In this document: one piece after another, positions 53,837 through 64,000 of the stretch | Position numbering within the stretch: position 1 is the first letter of the stretch | Layout: each line of letters begins with the position of its first letter | Source of the DNA: Eledone cirrhosa | Lineage: Eukaryota | Reading direction: 5' to 3' | DNA: 64,000 nucleotides | Assembly (NCBI GenBank): GCA_964016885.1 | Contig: OZ024741.1 | Coordinates: forward strand, 198,214,001 to 198,278,000 | Position numbers and translations under genes: made by a program | The notes under the pieces: model-generated | What the model was told of the DNA's origin: nothing | Databases searched by the model: none | The model's input: only the letters and a program-made list of their open reading frames with translations

Positions 53837-54143
53837 TATATATATATTCCATATATATATATATTCCATATATATATATTCCATATATATATATATTCCA
53901 AATTGAAGGATAAGTATTTACTCTTAATTTTATTCTGAGTTAGTATTCTATTGGTTTTTTTCCCCTGGATTACACAAAATCTGTGGATAAAATTTCTGTC
54001 TTGACTTTTTTTAAATTGGGATTGAATTATTTTCCCATATCTTACGTTAAATATTTTCCATCTTGACGTAATAGTCATTTATATGTATGAATTATTGTTG
54101 GCTTCTTGCTCACATTAATTTCTATATTTTCATTTATATTTTC

Positions 54144-54231
<88 letters not shown>

Positions 54232-54318
54232 TAAAAGAGAAAACACAGGTAAGCATTAAGAGAAGGATTTTATCCAGGTATTTACGAACTGGATCACAAA
54301 AAACAATTTTCTGCTTCC

Positions 54319-54355
<37 letters not shown>

Positions 54356-54730
54356 TACAAATATTAATAAAATAGACGTTCTTTTGATCAATTAAATTTT
54401 ATTATACATATTTCAGAGGTACCACTGTACGTCCTCATGAGACAAAATATAATGATACCTGACATACCCTGAGATGTTAAATGGTTAAGATTTAATCAAG
54501 GTAGTGATTAACCTAAGAGAAAACTCAACATTTATACCCTAATAATGAGAAAATGTGAAAACGTAATAAATTCAATAAAGAATGTATGAGTAAGAAAAAC
54601 GTTGGTTAATGTGACAGCTATAGAGATTTTAAAATGTGGGATACTACAAGTTATGGTTATCTAGGAAAACGTCTCATGAATTATAACTGTTTATGAAGGC
54701 CGCTGATAGAGGATTTAAAGAGGGGGAAAG

Positions 54731-57259
54731 ATATATGCAGAAATCTTTTTTTTTTCCTCCCTTAAAGGCTAAACGTTTAAGTTTCAAAATATTTAATTTA
54801 TGTTAATTTAAGGGTGAAAAATCAAGATTTTAGGTTTTTTTTTAAGTTGATGGTTATTTATATTTATTAATTTTATAAATTCTATAATAATTTTATAAAT
54901 TCTATAATAATTTTATAAATTCTAAACTTTTGAATTTTATGAGGATAAAATTTAAAGGATTTACCTGGCCAGCGATAGGAAAATTTACACTGTTGAATAT
55001 TTTGCTAAATGTGATCTTTAACGAAAATTACCTATAAGAATGTCAACATTTTCGGTATGTAAAGCTTATGAAGTACTTATTGTTAGAAATATCTAAAAAT
55101 TAATTGTCAATTAGTTAGTGTAATGATTAACGCAGTTTTCAGCAACTTATATATATATACGTGGAATTATGGTAATAAATTAATATTTGTTATATTATAT
55201 TAAATCTCTATATAAGTTCTACTTTCAGGATAGGAATAATAAATATGCTATTGTACAAATATCTATATTTGTACAAACTATATATTTGTACAAACTATAC
55301 GTTAAACTAAACGGTAATTATGTTATAATACACTATAGATATATATGCAAAAAAAACAAAAGCTGAGATATACGTAACTAATAATAAGATTATGTTATTA
55401 TACGATACACTTATTTGCAAAAATAAAAATTAGGTATATAGAGATATACTAAATATTAATGAGCCAGTATACTTTAGGTAAATGATAACGAATATAAAAT
55501 AATAGATTCAAACATGCTAAAGTTAAATAGATACATATATATAAAAGAGTGTAAAGGCATGAATTATTCACAGTTCAAAATAAATAATCTAAAAGTTTAA
55601 AAGTTATCTAAAAATTAGGTATAGAGAGATATATTAAGTATTAGTGATACAGTATACTTTTGGTAAATAATAACGATTATAATCTTATATAATAGATTTC
55701 AACGTGCTAAAGTTAAATACATACATATATATTTAAAAAAAAAAAAATGTTTAATAATAATAAATGCATGGATAATTCACAGTTCAAAATAAGGTCCGTA
55801 AAAATTTACAGTTTGGATATTTGCACTATATTTGAAAATAATCAACAGGTGTAAACCTTAATGGCCTTTAATATTGCCTTATCTTATAACTATCTATAGA
55901 AGGAATAACGCTCGAATGAATGACACTTGTTCAATAACACGCTGACACGTTGATATACATAACATAATATTATTAACTTTGATCCATACCATTATTTCTC
56001 TATCTTTATTTTCCTATCTAAGTTTTAATTTTAGTTTAAATATCCAACCTGTATATTTTTACGGAACTTATTTTTAACTGTGAATCATTCATGTGTTTAC
56101 ATTTTTTATTTATATGTATGTACTTATCTTTTGTAAGTTTTTAAATATACCTACCTTTATTGTTCTATCCATGATTCAAATATAGTGCAAATATCCAAAC
56201 TGTAAACTTTTACGGACCTTATTTTGAACTCTGAATTATCCATGCATTTATTTTTTTTTTATATATATATGTATGTATTTAACTTCAGCACGTTGAAATC
56301 TATTATATAAGATTATAATCGTTATCATTTACCAAAAGTATGCTGTATCACTAATACTTAATATATCTCTCTATACCTAATTTTTAGATAACTTTTAAAT
56401 TTTTAGATTATTTATTTTGAACTGTGAATAATTCATGCCTTTACACTCTTTTATATATAAGTATCTATTTAACTTTAGCATGTTTGAATCTATTATTTTA
56501 TATTCGTTATCATTTACCTAAAGTATACTGGCTCATTAATATTTAGTATATCTCTATATACCTAATTTTTATTTTTGCAAATAAGTGTATCTGTATAATA
56601 ACATAATCTTATTATTAGTTACGTATATCTCAGCTTTTGTTTTTTTTTGCATCTATATATATAGTGTATTATAACATAATTACCGTTTAGTTTAACGTAT
56701 AGTTTGTACAAATATATAATTTGTGCAAATATAGATATTTGTACAATAGCATATTTATTATTCCTATCCTGAAAGTAGAACTTATATAGAGATTTAATAT
56801 AATATAACAAATATTAATTTATTACCATAATTCTACGTATATATATATAATTCCACGTATATATATATAAGTTGCTGAAAACTCTGCATTAATCATTACA
56901 CTAACTAATTGACAATTAATTTTTAGATATTTCTAACAATAAGTACTTCATAAGCTTTACATACCGAAAATGTTGACATTCTTATAGGTAATTTTCGTTA
57001 AAGATTACATTTAGGAAAATATTCAACAGTGTAAATTTTCCTACCGCTGGCCAGGTAAATCCTTTAAATTTTATCCTCATAAAATTCAGAAGTTTAGAAT
57101 TTATAAAATTATTATAGAATTTATAAAATTAATAAATATAAATAACCATCAACTTTTTAAAAAACCTAAAATCTTGACTCTTCACCCTTAAAATAACATA
57201 AATTAAATATTTTGAAACTTAACCGTTTAGCCTTTAGGGAAAAAAAATTCTGCATATAT
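54731..57259. repeat. About 1.1-kb inverted repeat (54731-55836 / 56175-57259) with a spacer of about 340 bp
   Basis: Arm ends match in reverse complement (e.g. AAGGTCCGTAAAA..GCACTATATTTGAA). Internal subrepeats of about 185 bp. Confidence 0.9.
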
Positions 57260-58471
57260 TACATGTGTATGTATATGTATGTCAAAATATTTATATATAT
57301 ATATAAAATTTATACTTTAAATATATTCTACAGATATACGCTTATGAAAGAGATTTTGTTATGAATTTTTAAATGTTAACACGTTATAGCAAACAAATTT
57401 ATGTTTTTAACAGTCATAACTGTATGACAGGTTGGAGTTATGAATTTATAACTTGCTATAAAATAACATAAAATTCATACTCTAATTACATTATTAAGAT
57501 GGATAATTAAAATTTTTTTAACATCTTAACTTTAGAGCATTTAATCCTTAGAGCTATCTAAATTATTAATAAATCGCTAGCAATTTCCTTTACGCTCTAC
57601 TGCTATTACAAATAAGGGATAATTCTTCTGTGAACTCTCGGAAATTACATGAGCTTAGAAATATTCGGATATTTTAAACTTACAAATTTTTTTAAATAAT
57701 TAATTAATAATTAATAATAAAATTATGTATGGTTTTGTAATAATAACATATTTTTTAATAATATATATTCTTTAATAATAATATATAGATCTCAACTTTA
57801 ATAATATAACATACACATTTAAACATTTAAACTACGGATTGAATTGATAAATTATTAATTAAACATTTAATCAAATTTATTAATTAAACATTAGATAAAT
57901 TCTTCAACTTATATTTACTATTATTTATTATTATTGTTTATCCATCTTACGGTATTCATCCACGCTATACTTATTTCTTCGCCTCTTCTCTCAAAATTAC
58001 GCTATTCTCTCTCACTAAAATATACTCAGGTTTTTCTCTTTCTTTCTTTCGTTTTTTTCTCTTTCTTTTCTCTTTTTTCCCTATTCCAACGGTTAATTTA
58101 AATATACTGTTATTTAAAGCTTTCCAACACTAATTTGCATAATAAACCAACAATAAATCTAATAACTCGACTATCCAGGAGATTCCAACCAGAATGGTTG
58201 CATTTTTTAAGGGTATGTCAATATTTATTTATAAAACTAACCTATATTATATTTTATCTGATGAAAGCACACCATAGTTTGCTCTGGTGGCCCTTGAAAT
58301 ATGTATAATGAAATAAATATGGTTTTATAATTATAGTTTCCATTTGTTAATATATTGTATATTTACTCCAATAATTTGTTGAGTGCTTTATATCAGTTAT
58401 AAAAATATTTTGCTTGTTGTATCCCAACAAATTAAATATAACCTCTACATATATATATATATATATATATA

Positions 58472-58520
<49 letters not shown>

Positions 58521-58522
<2 letters not shown>

Positions 58523-58649
58523 TATTAAAATAACAGATTAAAGCAAAGAATCGCTGCTTTCACCCTTAACGGGATCTTCTTAACGGGTTCCCGTTAAGGG
58601 TGAAAGCACCGATTCTTTGCTTAAACTTTAATCTGTTATTTTAATAAAT
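58521..58649. repeat. Fold-back module with truncated HHR-like halves
   Basis: TTTATTAAAATAACAGATTAAAG..CTTTAATCTGTTATTTTAATAAA, and ccc(gttaa)ggg-t-GAAA on both strands. Confidence 0.7.
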
Positions 58650-58734
58650 ATTTGCTCTACGGTTCTTATATATTTGATATATATTTATCCTTATCGAGCC
58701 CTCTTTGGATTTTAGTCTTCAAATTTATTATTAT

Positions 58735-58858
<124 letters not shown>

Positions 58859-59304
58859 CAAGTTTGTTTTGCTGTTTATTGACCGACCGCCAATTATACG
58901 AAATCCTGAATACATTGGTAATAATTAAAGTACTGGCTGAAACCGCTCACTCGCGAACTACCTCACTATTTCTTTCGTTTTTTCCCTCCGTATTTCATTG
59001 AATTTTAATCGACTTTTAAAATATTTTTTACATTTCGTTTTCCAATGAAATTAATAAGAATCTAAGGGAGCTAACTCGTGCATTTTTCTTTTAACATTAA
59101 TGTATACAATTTGCCAATAACTGTTACATAAACATTGATTCATACATATGTGTGTATATACACATAGAAAAGTATACAAGTGTGTATCATCATCATCATC
59201 ACCGTTTAACGTCCATTTTTCCACGCTAAACTGTGATAATGATGATGATGTGTGTATACATATATATATTTATACATGTGTGTATACATGTATTTAAATA
59301 AATT

Positions 59305-59612
59305 CATAAATTCTCATGGAGATTCAGCTTAAATGTAATTCTCAGATAGATTCAGCATGTGTACGTTTAAATTTAATTCTCAGGGAGATTCAGCATGTAT
59401 ATGCTTACATGTAATTCTCAGGGAGATTCAGCATGTGTATGCTTAAATGTAATTCTCATGCTGAATCTCCCTGACATATTTAAGATGAATCTCCCTGTGA
59501 AATACATTTAAGCATAAACATGCTGAATCTCCCTGAGAATCACATTTAAGCATACACATGCTGAATCTCCCTGAGAATTATATTTAAGTGTACACATGTT
59601 GAATCTCCCATC
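59305..59612. repeat. About 38-bp minisatellite that switches orientation near 59458
   Basis: Unit AATTCTCAGGGAGATTCAGCATGTGTATGCTTAAATGT followed by its reverse complement. Confidence 0.85.
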
Positions 59613-59816
59613 AATTGGAGAATAAATGAAATTTACAATAACAAATTTCCATATCACATGTTTTGCTTTCTTCTTCTGATATATAAGGACCACTTTCAAC
59701 ATACTTTTGCTCATAGCTTCGTACTTACATGCGCACACACTCTTTTACTCACATATACACACACATTTCTTCTTAGCTTCGTACGGACCTATAATAACAT
59801 ACACACACACACACAC

Positions 59817-59878
<62 letters not shown>

Positions 59879-59903
59879 ACGCACACGCACACGCACACAC
59901 AGA

Positions 59904-59966
<63 letters not shown>

Positions 59967-59991
59967 ACACACACATACACACACACTCTCG

Positions 59992-60022
<31 letters not shown>

Positions 60023-60049
60023 ACACAGACACACACACACACACACTCG

Positions 60050-60096
<47 letters not shown>

Positions 60097-60119
60097 ACAC
60101 ACACATACACACACACTCT

Positions 60120-60216
<97 letters not shown>

Positions 60217-60453
60217 CTCATGCTTACGCACGTGCTCAAGTATAGCTCTTTTTACAAAACGTTTTTTTTTTCCATTTCAGGTAGACGCGCGCCATCATCC
60301 ACTTTTCTAAAAAGAAACAAATTATACACAAAACGCCAGCACCAACAGTTTTGCAAGAAATGTCAACATGAATGGACCTGTTATTTTTCTCTAAAGACAT
60401 TTTTTCCAATTCCATCCCGCCCGTCCCCTCAATCTATTTTATTTCTCATTCTT

Positions 60454-60489
60454 TCTTCTGATTAAGGACTAGCGTCCGAAACGTTAAGA
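60454..60489 (+). ncRNA. Minimal hammerhead motif (core CTGATTA) in a dispersed module (relatives at 32105-32165 and 36785-36890, minus)
   Basis: tctt-CTGATTA-a-ggac(tagc)gtcc-GAAA-cg-TT-aaga. Confidence 0.55.
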
Positions 60490-60585
60490 CCCTCTTCTTG
60501 CTATATCAAGCGTTAACCTAATATATACCTTCCATATACTGTACCGATTGTGTTGTTATTTCTGTTTACCTTTTACATATATATG

Positions 60586-60620
<35 letters not shown>

Positions 60621-60684
60621 AAATGAAGTAATTCCATCGGAAAAGTCCAGGAAAAAAGAGTGCTCTATGTAGGCAACAGAGCTT

Positions 60685-61061
60685 AATTATTATTATTATG
60701 TAATAAACAACATAAGGCAATTATTCCATTTACCAGTGGTTTCTTAAAAGCAAAAGGTTTTGCTTTCAATCCTCAGAATGAAAAATCCTGGTTTGTTTAT
60801 TGAATATGGATTCTAAAAACAAAAATGCAATCTATATGAAAGTGAGGCTGGAAAAGGGAGAAGGAAAGGAAAAATAAAATAAAACTACACATGCAAACAC
60901 ACACACAAAAAAACCCAAAAGCATACTTACACACACATACATATATACATATATATAAATGTACGCATACATATATACATATACACATATATATATATAA
61001 AAAACGTACACCTACACACACATACACATATATACACACATATACACATACATACATTTAT

Positions 61062-61116
<55 letters not shown>

Positions 61117-61461
61117 CATACACACACACATATATACATGTACATATATATATATATATATATATATACATACACATATACACACATACACACACACACA
61201 CACACATGTGTGTGTACAAGCATACACATACACAAACATAGCCATACACACACACATATATATATACACATACATACATTCACACAAACTGTTTGTGTGA
61301 ATGTATGTATGTGTATATATATATATATGTGTGTGTGTATGGCTTTGTTTGTGTATGTGTATGCTTGTACACACACATGTGTGTGTGTGTGTGTGTGTAT
61401 GTGTGTATATGTGTATGTATATATATATATATGTACATGTATATATGTGTGTGTGTATGTG

Positions 61462-61494
<33 letters not shown>

Positions 61495-61875
61495 ATGTAT
61501 GAATGTATGTATGTGTATATGTGTGTATATATGTGTATGTGTGTGTAGGTGGTGTACGTTTTTTATATATATATATGTGTATATGTATATATGTATGCGT
61601 ACATTTATATATATGTATATATGTATGTGTGTGTAAGTATGCTTTTGGGTTTTTTTGTGTGTGTGTTTGCATGTGTAGTTTTATTTTATTTTTCCTTTCC
61701 TTCTCCCTTTTCCAGCCTCACTTTCATATAGATTGCATTTTTGTTTTTAGAATCCATATTCAATAAACAAACCAGGATTTTTCATTATGAGGATTGAAAG
61801 CAAAACCTTTTGCTTTTAAGAAACCACTGGTAAATGGAATAATTGCCTTATGTTGTTTATTACATAATAATAATA
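60685..61875. repeat. About 1.2-kb palindrome (centre near 61290) with an HHR near each end
   Basis: Identical 86-87-aa translations on opposite strands. Centre CACACAAACTGTTTGTGTG. Confidence 0.9.
60724..60783 (-). ncRNA. Type-I hammerhead ribozyme (mirror copy 61780-61839 has core ATGAGGA)
   Basis: tttcatt-CTGAGGA-ttgaaagcaaaa(cc)ttttgcttttaa-GAAA-ccactgg-TA-aatggaa. Confidence 0.75.
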
Positions 61876-62240
61876 TATATATATATATATATTTCGTTTC
61901 TGAATTTGTTTAGCAAGATTCTTTATCCGAAATCGTGTGTTGAAACCGATATTGTTATACTTTGGGAGGGTCATGTTGCCAATAAGAAACACACGCACCA
62001 GTTGCTTTCACTTCAATTTATTATATATTTATAAATTTATAAATTTACAAATCTACAAACTTATAAATTTCTGGTTGGTTGGTTGGTTGGTTCCACAACC
62101 AGATAGTTGTTTATATATAGTCATAGTCCTTTCGTCAGACACTCTGTGACCTCTTTAGTGTGTTTCTTATTGGCAACATGACCCTCCCAAAGTATAACAA
62201 TATATATATATATTTTTTTATTTTTTTATTTTATAGAAGG

Positions 62241-62341
62241 AGCTTCTACAGGACTAGTACTGTTTCATTCAGATGAAATCTTCAGGAAGCAGCTTCCTGG
62301 AGATTTCATCTGAATGAAACAGTACTAGTCCTGTAGAAGCT
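62241..62341. ncRNA. Back-to-back pair of hammerheads (62241-62290 minus, core CTGAAGA; 62291-62341 plus, core CTGGAGA)
   Basis: gcttc-CTGAAGA-t-ttc(atct)gaa-t-GAAA-cag(tactagtc)ctg-TA-gaagc. Downstream 62358-62405 matches 40085-40130. Confidence 0.75.
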
Positions 62342-62412
62342 CCTTCTATAAAATAAACAAATTTTACTCTGCCATGTATTGAGTACCTTACTTACTGTGG
62401 TTATCCACCTAC

Positions 62413-62468
<56 letters not shown>

Positions 62469-62577
62469 TATTTATAGCGCTTCGATAATGATATATATAT
62501 TTTGGACGCGCTAAGAACCAAATTCCCAGACTTTATATATATATATATATACAGAGAGAAAGAGAGAGAGAGAGAGA

Positions 62578-62642
<65 letters not shown>

Positions 62643-62647
<5 letters not shown>

Positions 62648-62810
62648 CTAGAATGTTGACGCTAGTGAAATTGGTGGGTACTGTAATCTTTAATCCAAGA
62701 TTGTTAAATGTAGCAACTAACCTTATCTTGACGATCTCGTAGCCACATTTATTGCTCGATGGGACTAGATCACAGGTTCTCAACCCATCTAGGCCAAACG
62801 CCTCCTTCTG
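62643..62810 (-). pseudogene. Small PLE RT fragment
   Basis: FGLDGL..IRLVATFNNLGLKIT..N..VNILEVSL resembles the GLYRDDGL..F..GL.IT..VNFLDV region of the other PLEs. Confidence 0.5.
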
Positions 62811-62933
62811 TCCCTCGAAATCACGAAACGTCCCCCCCCTCCCCCCCGCCGCCACCCTATTTTTCCATTTTTCAATATACTACTGATTTTTATATCAGTA
62901 GATTACTAAAAAATTGATTAACAATATTCCAAA

Positions 62934-63247
62934 GATGTGTGTATTTTCTGATTATGTGTTGTATGTGGTCCTAGATGTGTGTATTATCTGATTATGTGTT
63001 GTATGTGGTCCTAGATGTGTGTATTATCTGATTATGTGTTGTATGTGGTCCTAGATGTGTGTATTATCTGGTTATGTGTTGTATGTGGTCCTAGATGTGT
63101 GTATTATCTGATTATGTGTTGTATGTGGTCCTAGATGTGTGTATTATCTGATTATGTGTTGTATGTGGTCCTAGATGTGTGTATTATCTGATTATGTGTT
63201 GTATGTGGTCCTAGATGTGTGTATTATCTGATTATGTGTTGTATGTC
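62934..63247 (+). repeat. 40-bp minisatellite, about 8 copies
   Basis: Unit GATGTGTGTATTATCTGATTATGTGTTGTATGTGGTCCTA, near-perfect copies with no spacers. Confidence 0.95.
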
Positions 63248-63978
63248 GTGTATACATCCAGTGAAGTAAAAACAGTCATGCAAACTGTTCTCCTTCGAAT
63301 TCAATCAGAAATGCAGCTACGATTCACCCGTCTCAACGATATTGACGCGAGGTTTGGCTTCCTCCTCGATGTCCGCTCTCTGTGCTATCCACCTTTTCCA
63401 GACGACCTCGCGCTTCGATCAAAGTGCTCTTCATTAGCTGATAACTACAATGCTGACATTGACGGCAAGGAGCTTTTTGAAGAAATCGCTGACTGTTGGG
63501 CGTTATTGTCAACCCGCGTTAATGTTTCAGTCTCAAGACCAGAACATCTCCTGAATTTTATTGTTCAATACGGAGACAACAGTGTATTTCCAAATTTGCG
63601 CATCGGTCTACAGATACTGCTAACAATGGCCGTTTCTGTCGCAAGCTGTGAGAGATCCTTCAGCAAGCTCAACCTCATCTTATCATATTTGCGGGCTTCA
63701 ATGTCTCAAAGCCGTCTGCGCGATCTTGCCATCCTCAGCATAGAAAGCGAAGAAACAAACGCAACCGATGTTGATGAAATAATCGATCAATTTGCATCAG
63801 CTAAAGCTAGAAAGATCCCTTTGTAAATATTTTTTTAATTCTTTTTTCTATATTAATTTTATAAAAGTAATTTTAGATCATATATTCATGTTTTTTCGTG
63901 TCATTTAAATTACTGTGCGTGGGGAGGGGGCAAAGTTCGAGCTTGCCCCCGGGAGCAAAATCCCTAGTTACGCCACTG
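63248..63978 (+). mobile_element. hAT DNA transposon 3' remnant (dimerization domain and right TIR)
   Basis: FPNLRIGLQILLTMAVSVASCERSFSKL..LRASMSQSRL..LAILSIE..IIDQFA..KAR. TIR-like CCTAGTTACGCCACTG at 63963-63978. Confidence 0.85.
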
Positions 63979-64000
63979 GTCTCTATTCTTTTTTAGTTTC

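Noticed and set aside
62934-63247. CRISPR-like regular repeat
   Set aside because: The units are contiguous with no unique spacers, there are no cas genes, and the context is eukaryotic.

Overview
Eukaryotic, AT-rich, microsatellite-saturated DNA with no supportable host gene. The repeat content resembles a cephalopod (octopus-like) genome, which is inference from SINE motifs and composition. Almost every interpretable segment is a retroelement. There are RTE-type LINEs with C-terminal C2H2 fingers (1-1836, 50021-51545) and a tandem array of their putative non-autonomous partner (49001-53367), a near-full-length Tx1/L1-type LINE in a (TATC)n tract (10656-16345), at least five Penelope-like elements (PLEs; RT plus GIY-YIG), tRNA-type SINEs, a hAT transposase remnant and minisatellites. 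The most striking unannotated signal, read by eye, is about 20 type-I hammerhead-ribozyme (HHR) motifs from roughly ten sequence families. They lie in 150-500 bp modules bounded by (TA)n tracts and often occur as inverted pairs. Several attach directly to PLE ORFs. They include canonical, minimal palindromic-stem-III, long-stem-II and core-variant (CNGUUGA) forms. Most ORFs in the supplied track are microsatellite artefacts. Coordinates of repeat boundaries are approximate.
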